Source: Eledone cirrhosa (taxonomy: Eukaryota). Taken from it: a stretch of 64,000 bases of DNA. Below, piece after piece: positions 42,001 through 54,610 of the stretch; within the stretch, counting starts at the first letter, position 1, and every line of letters begins with the position of its first letter. Under the pieces are notes generated by a model. That model was not told the DNA's origin. It ran no database searches and saw nothing but the letters and a program-made list of their open reading frames with translations. The position numbers and the translations under genes are program-made. The DNA lies in assembly GCA_964016885.1 (NCBI GenBank), contig OZ024743.1, positions 231,322,001-231,386,000 of the forward strand. The letters are read 5' to 3'.

Positions 42001-42506
42001 CATATAAAGAGAGAAAAGAGAAAGAGAAAGATGTGTGTGTGTCTGCAGGTATTTATGTTTATATGTGGAGCGCCTGTTATTTAAATGCATTTAAAGCAAG
42101 AGTAACTGAAAGCCATTACACAACACAGCTAAAAGCAAATCTACATATGAGAACATTAGCGTGCAATAAATCTATATTATACAGAATTGCGAAAAACAAA
42201 TAGCCACTGGAGAAAGAAAATGATACTTATGTCTGAATGTGTCGTGAAGGTCAATATTCAGTATAATGCTCGCAACACGAGCACCATCTACTCATCATAA
42301 AAACAGGAATTATATAAAACCAGTAAAAGAAGCCAAAGACCTTCTGATGATGAGACCGTGAGGGACTGCAAACGTCAAATAAATTATCGACTTCTGAAAT
42401 TTGTCATTTCAAATGACCTGTCGAGGTCCTATTAGGAAATTCGTGTAGGTACTAATAGAGAAATTGTAAGTTGAAAATAACTTTGTCTTTACCAGAAAAA
42501 AAAACA

Positions 42507-42562
<56 letters not shown>

Positions 42563-42588
42563 TCCAGCAGTCGCAAGCGGTGGGAGGG

Positions 42589-42632
42589 ACCGTCCAGACG
42601 AAGGCCAGTCAAGCCTGAAATGCATAGACGGT
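42589..42632 (+). ncRNA. Minimal hammerhead, variant core CAGACGA
   Basis: ACCGTC-CAGACGA-AGGC-CAGTCAA-GCCT-GAAA-TGCA-TA-GACGGT; perfect stems I and II, palindromic stem III. Confidence 0.75.
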
Positions 42633-43136
42633 TGTCCCCTTGCTTCTGCTGGACACCGCCAGAGGGCGTTGGCCTCCCGGTTGTTGCATTGCTACGGCTT
42701 CCTAAAGCTGTATTTCTTTAGAAATACGAAATTTATATATATATATAATAGAAGGACGATTTGTCAAGCCTTCGTTACGTTTATTGATTGGTGACGGGCG
42801 TTTCGCCATTGATCAGCTCAAGGTACGATCTGTATCGATCTGGCCCGGCTCTGGAATTAAAAGCGCGTGGGATCTCTGCGGTTATAATGACAGAATATAT
42901 ACACCTCGCTACAGACGTGAACCTAAACATCGGGTGCTCACCTGGCTGAACCTAAAGTAATTTCACGTTACACTCCCTGGGTATATATATATATATTAGT
43001 GTATGTGAGTGTGTGTGGGGGGTGGGTATCTGTGTGTGTCTGTGTGGGTGTGTGTACCTGTGTGTGTGCGCGCGCGTGTGTGTGTGTAGGTGTATGCGTG
43101 TCTATGCGCGTGTATATATATATATATATATATATA

Positions 43137-43342
43137 GTGAACAAAATAGAGTACAAACACACAAACTCAGACACGAACACACACCATACAGAAAACACAC
43201 TCACAAACACAGGCCCAAACAGAGACAAGAATAAATAAATAAACAAATAAAAATGGCGTAGACATTACAATACAACGGGAGGAAACATAGTAGTACCACT
43301 GATGATGTCACAGGTGTGTGATGAAAGAATTTGATAGACTAT
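43137..43342 (+). mobile_element. Solo pLTR fragment related to the 28-35 kb element, with degenerate HHR (43299-43340)
   Basis: AAATAAATAAACAAATAAAAATGGCGTAG...CTGATGATGTCACAGGTGTGTGATGAAA. Confidence 0.65.
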
Positions 43343-43371
43343 ATATATATATATATATAAATATATATATA

Positions 43372-44165
43372 TATTAGAATTGGAGCTCTGAAATAGCAAT
43401 ATATATATGGATGTATATATAATGTATTTTGCAATACACTTTATGCTTAATTAAAAGCAGTTTGAAGACGGTCTTCAAAATGCTTTTAATTAAGCATAAA
43501 GTGTATTGCAAAATACATTATATATACATCCATATATATATATTGCTATTTCAGAACTCCAATTCTAATTTTTAATTTCTGCCTGACCAACAACCGCTCT
43601 GCATAATCAGCTCCTGATTATTTACTAGATTTCTATAAGAATATAACATCAATGATCTCAGTAAACAGGTGGGGTAGTTGGCCTTGATAAGCTCCAACCA
43701 AAGCGAAACAAGACTTGTCGGCTTATCTCCCCTGTTTGCTGATATCAAAGTGAGTGAATTTGTCACTACTTTAAAACAATAGCTTACGGTCTTCAAAATG
43801 TTTTTAATTAAGCATAAAGTGTATTGCAAAATACATTATAAATACATCCATATATATATTGCTATTTCAGAGCTCCAATTCTAATTTTTAATTTCTGCCT
43901 GACCAACAACCGCTCTGCATAATCAGCTCCTGATTATTTACTAGATTTCTATAAGAATATAACATCAATGATCTCAGTAAACATGTGGGGTAGTTGGCCT
44001 TGATAAGCTTCAACCAAAGCGAAACAAGTCTTATTGGCTTATCTTCCCTGTTTGCTGAGATCAAAGTGAGTGAATTTGTCACTACTTTAAAACAATAGCT
44101 TACGGTCTTCAAAATGCTTTTAATTAAGCATAAAGTGTATCACAAAATACATTATATATACATCT
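43372..44165 (+). repeat. ~316 bp tandem array with one HHR per unit and a left-end fold-back
   Basis: Unit marker GGTCTTCAAAATG at 43470, 43788 and 44104; HHR at 43680-43723 and 43996-44039; palindrome centred at ~43470. Confidence 0.9.
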
Positions 44166-44187
44166 ATATATATATATATATTTTTTT

Positions 44188-45465
44188 GATTTAATGCTCT
44201 GAAATAGCGATATATATGTGAAGACAAACATAGAATATTCGAAAATATTCTGTATGTTTATAATAAACATTTTGAAGACCTAATCGCTATAGGATAGAAT
44301 ACGTCACGTATTACAATTTGAGATTCTCGATAAAAGCAAGGGAAGTAACCTACGCGTTTCATTCTTATTAGAAATCTTCAGGATTACATATCCAATGCTT
44401 TTATCGATAATGACACAGCTAGAGACTTATAGAATACTTAGCTGTGTACAGGAACTGGTTTGAAAGAGCGGTTGCCGGTCCGGCAGAAATTAGAATTTGG
44501 ATTTAATGCTCTGAAATAGCGATATATATGTGAAGACAAACATAGAATATTCGAAAATATTCTGTATGTTTATAATAAACATTTTGAAGACCTAATCGCT
44601 ATAGGATAGAATACACAGCTAAGTATTCTATAAGTCTCTAGCTGTGTCATTCTCGATAAAAGCATTGGATATGTAATCCTGAAGATTTATAATAAGAATG
44701 AAACGCGTAGGTTACTTCCCTTGCTTTTATCGAGAATCTCAAATTGTAATACGTGACGTATTCTATCCTATAGCGATTAGGTCTTCAAAATGTTTATTAT
44801 AAACATACAGAATATTTTCGAATATTCTATGTTTGTCTTCACATATATATCGCTATTTCAGAGCATTAAATCCAAATTCTAATTTCTGCCGGACCGGCAA
44901 CCGCTCTTTCAAACCAGTTCCTGTACACAGCTAAGTATTCTATAAGTCTCTAGCTGTGTCATTCTCGATAAAAGCATTGGATATGTAATCCTGAAGATTT
45001 CTAATAAGAATGAAACGCGTAGGTTACTTCCCTTGCTTTTATCGAGAATCTCAAATTGTAATACGTGACGTATTCTATCCTATAGCGATTAGGTCTTCAA
45101 AATGTTTATTATAAACATACAGAATATTTTCGAATATTCTATGTTTGTCTTCACATATATATCACTATTTCAGAGCATTAAATCCAAATTCTAATTTCTG
45201 CCGGACCGGCAACCGCTCTTTCAAACCAGTTTCTGTACACAGCTAAGTATTCTATAAGTCTCTAGCTGTGTCATTCTCGATAAAAGCATTGGATATGTAA
45301 TCCTGAAGATTTCTAATAAGAATGAAACGCGTAGGTTACTTCCCTTGCTTTTATCGAGAATCTCAAATTGTAATACGTGACGTATTCTATCCTATAGCGA
45401 TTAGGTCTTCAAAATGTTTATTATAAACATACAGAATATTTTCGAATATTCTATGTTTGTCTTCA
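44188..45465. repeat. 312 bp tandem array with one canonical HHR per unit and an internal inversion at ~44612
   Basis: GTAATC-CTGAAGA-TTTCT-AATA-AGAAT-GAAA-CGCG-TA-GGTTAC at 44673-44715 (one stem II substitution), 44985-45027, 45297-45339 (+) and 44345-44387 (-). Confidence 0.92.
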
Positions 45466-45727
45466 TATATATATATATATATATATATAAATATATATAT
45501 ATATGGGATAATAAGTTATCGTTATAGGTGATCCACTTAGAGGTAGTCCGGTTAGAGTACTCCGTGTTGTGAATGGTTTTAACGTGAAACTTAGTTTGAC
45601 TCAACAAGATGCTTCCAAAGTGTTGCAGCGAGTTCGCCGTAGTTTCTATGCAGGTCATAATTGGAGTAATAATAGTTAAAGAAAGAAGAGTAACATGGTT
45701 GGCTGTACAATAAGGGCTTTATTAAAA

Positions 45728-45838
45728 TTGCTGACAATTGTTTCGTTGATCTGTTGCGTCTAGAGTTGGCTAATCGCTTGATGCTGCGGTAATTGATCTC
45801 CAATACGTTGTTTACAACCAGTCAACACATCAGAGCAA
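45728..45838 (-). ncRNA. Hammerhead-like motif with long stem II insert
   Basis: TTGCT-CTGATGT-GTTGA...TCAAC-GAAA-CAATTG-TC-AGCAA (A9 substituted). Confidence 0.6.
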
Positions 45839-46259
45839 GTGGATATGAAAATAATACGCAAGGCATGGCTTTTATAGAGGAGTGTTTTTAAACTAAAACA
45901 ATAACATCAGTAACAAAATAGCTCTATAGCGAATAATTAAAACAATAACATCAATAATAAAAAAAACACGCATGGTAAATAAACAGAGATGATACAGATG
46001 TATGAAGTGACATGCGAAATCTAAGATAGGGTACATTAAAAGTAGATAAAGGAATAAAATAATAAAATGTACTTAGAGTCAGATTTTAGGGTCTCAACTG
46101 TAAGTGCAATTATGAGAGATTTAGATACAAATGAGCTGTGGATCTGAAAAATGAACAACAATAAAACGGACATTAATTTATGGTTTGACAGATAAATGCT
46201 TGTAGTAGATATTTCCTAGTGAGATTGATGGAGGGAGTGTATAGAGATTTATGGTTCGA

Positions 46260-46455
46260 TGGTTGTGGAACCAACAAACCAACCGGAAATTTATAAATTC
46301 CTTAATTTATAAATTTAATTTATAATAAATTGAAGTGAAAGCGACGGGTGCATGTGTTTCTTATTGGCAACATGACCCTCCCAAAGCATAACAATATCGG
46401 TTTCAACTCACGTTTTCAGATAAAGAATCTTGCTAAACAAATTCAAAAACGAAAT

Positions 46456-46456
<1 letters not shown>
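46260..46456 (+). mobile_element. 3' tip of the Neptune-like pLTR (solo)
   Basis: Homologous to 35225-35427; ends AAACGAAATATATA. Confidence 0.85.
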
Positions 46457-47268
<812 letters not shown>

Positions 47269-47490
47269 TTTATTAAAATAACAGATTAAAGTTTAAGCAA
47301 AGAATCGCTGCTTTCACCCTTAACGGGATCTTCTGAAACTCAGTTTCAGAAGATCCCGTTAAGGGTGAAAGCAGCGATTCTTTGTTTAAATTTTAATCTG
47401 TTATTTTAATAAAAATTTGCTCTACGGTTCTTATATATTTGATATATATGTATCCTTATCGAGCCCTCTTTGGATTTAGTCTTCAAATTT

Positions 47491-47505
<15 letters not shown>
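47269..47505 (+). mobile_element. Family C pLTR fragment with near-perfect fold-back duplicating an HHR
   Basis: Palindrome centred at 47341; HHR at 47290-47340 (-) and 47342-47392 (+); homologues at 62338-62500 and 37130-37178. Confidence 0.85.
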
Positions 47506-47522
<17 letters not shown>

Positions 47523-47527
47523 TATAT

Positions 47528-50405
47528 AAACGGAAAAAATGAAACGAAACTTCATTTCACACTCTTAGTACGGCTGTTAGTTAAATATAAGTATGTACAC
47601 GTACATACATATATGTATACTGACGTACAGTAGTATGTATATATATATATATACATACATGCACACATATATATATGTACGTATGGATTTACCGAACATT
47701 TATTATAATGCTCGGTGGGTTTGTAAACAAACATCCCGTATTGAGCCGTAGTGTCCAGCAACCATCGTTGCTCGTTTGTTCAACACTGTAAAAGGAACGC
47801 TGTACTAGTTTCAGGCTTATTAGCTATCGTCAGCAACGTATACCTTCCTGCCAGATTGTTGAACGTATTTACTTACCTTATGCATATTAACGGCTGGGTA
47901 GCCCAATCTGCATACCGGGTGGGTTAATCGGCCGGGTGCACCGAAAACGATAAAGGGAAAAAATTTAAAAATAAAATTACAAAGAATCAGTCCGGAGCCT
48001 TGTAGTTATATAATAGATGTTTGGTGACGTGTGGACAACGTGTGAAAAATTCACCTCTCGGGTTTAGGCAATCACTATTACGTAATCTCTTTTGGACAGT
48101 TATTCGGGCGTCAATACATAAGCCGCACGTCTGATTTCCCCTTGCGTATGGCTTGAACTTAGTGATGGCTTTCCATTGAATGGAGTACCCTATACGTGAG
48201 TCCTTGAGGGACCATACGTGGCTCGCGAGTTTCGTGGATGAATGTCTGTCCGGGTACCTGAAGGTAGACTGGTGGTTCAGGAAACGCTCCTTGAATCGGC
48301 CCTCCGCCATGCCCACATAGTATTTGATATCCTGGGGTTCGTTTGGTCGGTTGGAAGTGACCACAGCTTCATAGATTACAGCTGGTGTGTTGCATTGTTG
48401 TTGAAGGGGGCAAGCTTCAGGCTTACGTCAAGAGCACCTGGTGGGGTGTTGCTCCTAGGAATGCTGGTGATGTGGGGCTTCATGTACTTAGCGCAGGAGT
48501 ATCCTAGTTTAACTTTGTGTCGGTTAAAGATGGAGCGGTATTTATGACCTATGGGGAAGTGTCTATCTAAGAGGGTTAGACTTTTTTTCCTACATTGGTT
48601 TTAACGTTGAGTGAGAAGGGAGGAGAGAACCAGATAGTTTGTCTATTGATGAGCTTACTTTTTTAATGGTGTTGTTGCTAGTGCGAGAGTAGCTGATAGG
48701 TTGTGAGAAGCCGCTGTTAGCCAACGCCGTGTTATAGTAGGGTGATGTCCAGCACCCATCGGTGCGGTACATCGTCAGCATCGTATACCTTCCTGCCAGA
48801 TGGTTGACCGTCTGAAAGTACATACTTTCCTCATGCATATTAACGGCTGAGCAGCCTAATTTGCATATTGTGTGAGTTCAGTCGGCCGGGCACAGCGAAA
48901 ACGATATATGGAATAGAATGAAACGAAATTTCATTTCTCACTCTTAGTACGGCACATACTTAAATGTAAGTATGTTTGTATGTATACGTACATACATATA
49001 TGTATACAGACGTACAGTAGTATGTATACATATACATACATGCACACATATATATATGCACGTATCGGTTTAACGAACATTCATTATAATGCTAGGTTTG
49101 TTTGTTTGTAAACAAACAATCAGCCCGAATTACACCGTACAGTGTTTAGGCAACCACGTCACCTTTTTGTTCAACACTTACACAGGAACGATGTACTAGT
49201 TTCAAGCTTATTAGCTATCGTCAGCATCGTATACCTTCCTGCCAGAAGGTTGAACTTCTGAAAGTATATACTTTCCTCATGCATATTAACGGCTGAGCAG
49301 CCTAATTTGCATATAGAGTGAGTTCAGTCGGCCGGGCACACCGAAAACGATAAATGGAATATTATATATATATATATATATATAAAGTACGTATACGTAC
49401 ATACATATATGTGTACAGACGCACAGTAGTATATATATATACATACATGCACATATATATATATGTACGTATGGATTCACTGAACATTTATTATAATGCT
49501 CGGTGTGTTTGTAAACAAACATCCCGAATTAAGCCGTACAGTGTCTAGCAACCATCGTTGCTCATTTGTTCAACCCTGACAAAGGAACGCTGTACTAGTT
49601 TCAAGCTTATTAGCTATCGTCAGCAATGTATACCTTTCTACCAGATGATTGAACGGCTGAAAGTATATACTTTCCTTATGCATATTAACGGCTGAGCAGC
49701 CTAATTTGCATATCGAGTGAGTTAATTGGCCGGGGTACCGAAAACGATAAACGGAAAAAAATTAAACGAAATTTCATTTCTCACTCTTAGTACGGCTGTT
49801 ACTTAAATATAAGTATATATACGTACATACATTTATGTATACAGACGTAGAGTAGAATGTATATATATACATACATGCACACATATATATATATGTACTT
49901 GAAACTTACAGTAGTATGTATGTATATATATATATATATATACATACATTCACACTTATATATATGTGTGCATGTATGTACCCCGGTCGATTAAACTCAC
50001 TCGATATGCAAATTAGGCTGCTCAGCCGTTAATATAAATGAGGAAAATATATACTTTCAGACATTCAATCATCTGGCAGGAAGGTATACGTTGCTGACGA
50101 TAGCTAATAAGCTTGAAACTAGTACAGCGTTCCTTTGTCAGGGTTGAACAAATGAGCAACGACGGTGCCTAGACACTGTACGGCTTAATTCGGGATGTTT
50201 GTTTACAAACACACCGAGCATTATAATAAACGTTCGGTGAATCCATACGTACATATATATATATGTGTGCATGTAAGTCATATATGTATATACATACTAC
50301 TGTACGTCTGTATACATATATGTATGTACGTATACATACTTATATTTAAGTAACAGCCGTACTAAGAGTGAGAAATGAAATTTCGTTTCATTTTTTTTCG
50401 TTTAT
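47528..50405 (-). mobile_element. Naiad-like PLE remnant with tandem ~400-450 bp HHR-bearing pLTR units and a terminal inverted unit (49985-50405)
   Basis: HHR CG(A/T)TG-CTGACGA-TAGCT-AATA-AGCTT-GAAA-CTAG-TA-CA(T/G)CG at 47798-47838, 49189-49229, 49588-49628 (-) and 50089-50129 (+); EN fragment 47987-48745. Confidence 0.88.
47987..48745 (-). pseudogene. PLE thumb/Zn finger/GIY-YIG fragment
   Basis: IWFSPPFS, RHFPIGHKYRSIFN..KLGYSC, CS*RKPEACPLQQQC..VIYEA, YYVGMAEGRFKERFLNH, CGLC, CPH. Confidence 0.85.
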
Positions 50406-50562
50406 ATATCTATGCATATATATATATATAATAGGAACTGGAGTCATATGACTCCAGTTCCTCAGTGAATTAACAATCCAACAAGGAACTGGGCATATCA
50501 GAGTATTGACAATAGTATACACCTAAACAACATATGTACTTGTCTATACCATACTAATTCAA

Positions 50563-50617
50563 ACTGCCTGAAGAGGTCACAGCGAAAGATGGCTGTCACT
50601 GAAATATATATAGCAGT
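50563..50617 (+). ncRNA. Hammerhead ribozyme motif in solo pLTR (50432-50765)
   Basis: ACTGC-CTGAAGA-GGTCACAGC...GCTGTCACT-GAAA-TATATA-TA-GCAGT. Confidence 0.8.
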
Positions 50618-50913
50618 AATAAACGAAGCTAAATTTTAATCATTTGACTTTTATTTAACTTTATTTTACACTACTCCGGAGTAACCAAACCAACCTGCGC
50701 CCCTCGTCGAGTGCTCCAGCCTGAATACTGAGGTGTTGGTATACAACCAACATAAACTCAAAATCTAATATATATATTTATTTATACATATATATATATA
50801 TATACATAATATATATTTATATATTTATATATATATATATAATATATATATTTATATATATATAATATATATTTATATACATATATATATAACATATATA
50901 TATAATATATATA

Positions 50914-50963
<50 letters not shown>

Positions 50964-52099
50964 GTATATTTATATACGCATAATCTCGTTTATGCTCTTT
51001 ATATGTAGTTATTATTTCAATTAATCTTTGATGCTTGGTATTGCAACCATTAATCTTTTAATTTGCTATGTATTATTTTCATTTTATAATTCCTTTTTCT
51101 TTGTTTGCTCTGTTCCGTTCTTGGTTTGCTTCTCTTTGTGTTTGTTTATGTTATTTTTCAAACATCTGTCATAATTTTTTTATTTTTACTTCTTTTTAGT
51201 TGTTTTTTGTACGTTTCATTTATTCTTATCCTGTCTTAACTTTTTTTTTTATCTTGTTTGACTTTCAGCCCGATTCCTTTCATACTTTCTTCTTTTATAG
51301 ATTTAATTATTAATATATTCACTTTTAAATAACGGCAAACGACTACTTATTTACATATTTTGTCGTATCAATTTTGTGCGTGTTAATCTTCTTTTACTTC
51401 TTCCTTACAAAATGTTTGGATTTCGTTAGTTATAAAGCTCTAAGAAAAAATGCGACATTTTATTTTTATTAACGATATTAAAATTCAACATATAAAGAAA
51501 AAAAAATGTATACATTATAATTTAAATGAAATAAAATTAGCTTCTAATAAACACAAAGAAATAATTTAATTAAAGTAATTGTAAAGGGTGACGATAATTT
51601 TTTCTCTATTGTTAATTTTTTCTCTATTGTATTTAATTATCAATATTTAAAAACAAAAAAATATATCTCATTTATATTTCATTTAATTTGTTTTTCTATC
51701 TGGTGTTGAGAATGTTGTTGTTATTGTTGTTGGTTGTGGTCATGGAGGTGGAGGTGGTGGTGGCGGTGGTGATGTGGTGGTTGTGGTGGTGGTAGTGGCT
51801 GCATTATTGCACTTAACCTTGTGTTGTCGTCGTTGTTTGTGTGGTGGCTGATTGTTCTGTTATTGTTGTTGCTAGTCGTGTTGTCATTGTTGTTCGTGTG
51901 ATTTCCTATCTTGTTACGTACATAATTTGTTTGTGTTCAGCCATTGGCGTTGCCTCTGAGTTTAAATCAATGTGATTTGTGATTTTTAAAAAGAAAAATA
52001 AATTGTTACGCACATGAATTTATATTTTAAATTTCTATTATGTTTTAAATGCGTTGTTGCCTGTAGTTGTTGTTGATATTTTCATGTACATTCTGGTTA

Positions 52100-52750
52100 G
52101 ATATTATCGCTTAGACAATGGTCACGAAGGTAGTTCGTCAAAGATCTAGTCGCAGTCCAGGCTACTATATTTAAAAACATACCATAGATCTGCTTAGAAA
52201 TACCATACACTGCCATTCGATATGCTGTAGCAGATTGCATGGTCTGTTGAGTAACAACACAAAACGATAAAATCGTCACTCTTATTTCTGTAAACTTGTT
52301 GACTTTTTTATTATTTAGGTCGAGGTCAACCATGAGAGATCTGACTTATCTCGTCTTTATAATGATATGAAGGACTAGATTCCTTGTCCAATGTGTAGTG
52401 TTCTGGGGTGGGGTTTCAAGTGAGAGAGTGATTTACGAAAGGAGATTTGGTCTTTGGAGTAACGTTGCTCGATAGGATTCGTAACTCGTAGATCTGGGAG
52501 CTGCTCCAGGTAAGATCACTACTTCTGGAAACAGATGCTATACTATGGACAAGTGGTTAAAATGTCTACCGAAAAGAACTACTGGACAGAGTTTACGGGC
52601 CACACAACCTGCGTGAGAGCCAGAGGTAAACAAAGATCAAGGTGGCTTTATAACCTCCATATATACGACCAGTCACGCGTGAAGATCCCGCCAAATCATG
52701 TGAAGAGGGCTGTTTCTGATAAGACCCTTACGTGTTTGAAGTATATGCCT
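52100..52750 (+). mobile_element. RTE-like LINE 3' fragment (degenerate)
   Basis: GGTCTTTGGAGTAACGTTGCTCGATAG is shared with the 10140-10507 copy; LYYGQVVKM...RARGKQRSRWLYNL. Confidence 0.65.
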
Positions 52751-53874
52751 CACGGCCATCACAGGAATAAATGGAAGAAGAAGAAAGATGATGAGAAAGA
52801 AGGAGGAGGGCAAAGATGTGGAGGCGGAGAAGGAGCAATAGATGATGATGATGGCGATGATGATGATGATGAAGAAGGAAGAGTAGGGAAAATGAGGGGG
52901 AGGGGGAAGAGGAGAGTGAGGATGAGGGGGAGGGTATTTAATAGCTATTCTTAGCATATAAACTGACGACATAAATCTTTTTCGTTGGCTCGATTATAGG
53001 CCTGAATATTCTCGTGATGTACATATTGCGCAATGGATTTCTCATTAGTTTTGTTGTATTTGGTAATGGACCGGATATAAAATTTTGCATTATGAATAAC
53101 TAAATTGTTTACTGAAGTTGATATATACATTTAAACGTTACATCAAATGTTAATGTTATTTAAATATATGTTCAATACACTTTGCCTCTGAATATATATA
53201 TATATACATATATATATATGTTATGTAGAAATAAAAGTGGTATTACTTCTTCTTCGTTGACTTATTCCTGTGATGTTCGTGGGGCAGAATCCATGAATAC
53301 AGCTACCATAGGATTCTCTCATAAACAACTGTCTCAAATTGTTCTGGCTGTATCCCCAAGTGTGACTAGCCAAGCACATGGTTGTCATCCAACAATCCCA
53401 TACGGGCTTTCTTCCTTGGCCCCCTGTTGCTTTGTTTGGCCCACAAAATCTCTCCTTAGAAATTGTTTTCGGCAATCAAAAGGGTAATTTCAGTGTTATG
53501 CGTAATTTAACCCAGACTTATTTAATTTCTCCCTTCGGCATACCGTAACCGTTCTATAAAAATGTGTGTTTTAGTTTCAACGTGGACAACATGAAGGTTG
53601 TGTAGGCAGTGAGTTTTTGAATGAATTCTTTTATCGGAAAGTAGGATTTAAACTCAAGTATAGAAGTACATTTGCTGGAAATGTATTACGTAACTATCGA
53701 ACCAACAGCACTCTGACAATTAATAATTCTTAACATTGGCTCAATGCCAGTACTTGTCTAATGTTTTAATTTATTGGTCGTTATCTTGATTTAGATAGGA
53801 TTTGAACTCTGAACACTATGAGCCGTTAAAATATACCACTAAGCACTCAGACAATAATTAAATTTACTTTAATG

Positions 53875-54610
53875 TGGGGGATTGGCAGTATTGTAAAAAC
53901 GTTGGACAACATGCTTTGCATCACACAATTACCACCCTTTATATTATGAGTTCAAATCCTACGAAGATTAACTTTACCTTTTATCCTTATGTGCTCGATA
54001 AAATAAAGAACCAATAATGCACAGGGGCCGATTTAATAGTTTCCCCCTTCCCTTCAAATTCCTGGTCTTGTACGAAAAGAAACAATTACTCCTGTAATGG
54101 TGAGTATTGTGTAGTGCACTGTGCATAATCATAGGGGTTATGATTTGCAGATTGCAATTGTTGAGTTCGAGTCAAGGCGGTGAGTTGTGTCATTCTGAAA
54201 ATCATAATATTTCTGGTCGCTCCAGATCACTCAGCTACAAACAATCATTGTTTGAGGTGCAATGTTCATGAGAGTTATGTTAAGTGAAATGTTCAGCCGC
54301 TTGCACGCTAAATTTCACGAGCTGCCTAAACGCTTATAAAACAATTGGAACACTTATCGTCGAAATCAAGATAGGTTCAACTAACCAAGGAATCATTGTC
54401 GGTGGATTGACAGAATCGTTAGAGAGCCGCGAGAATGCTAACCAATATATGTTTCGAATCTTAATTTCTCAGTTCAAATCCAGCCGTGGTTAATTTTGCT
54501 CTTCCTTCTGGGGGTCACAAAATAAAATAGCAGTTAAGCTGGGGGTTGATAGAATCGGTATAGCCCTTCTCGCAATTTGCCAGCCTTGCTCAAATGTTAA
54601 AATCATTATT
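53875..54610 (+). mobile_element. Cluster of three old tRNA-derived SINEs (A, B-like, A)
   Basis: B-boxes GAGTTCAAATCC (53948), GAGTTCGAGTC (54164) and CAGTTCAAATCC (54470) with degenerate family bodies. Confidence 0.7.

Noticed and set aside
42344-42380. CTGATGATGAGACC...AAACGTC hammerhead candidate
   Set aside because: Stem II and GAAA are disrupted; too degenerate to call.
43372-45465. CRISPR-like array
   Set aside because: Units are whole ~312-316 bp repeats with no unique spacers; eukaryotic context and no cas genes.
52770-52935. Acidic/basic protein-like tract in ORF 52535-52954
   Set aside because: Purine-rich simple repeat appended to a LINE fragment.
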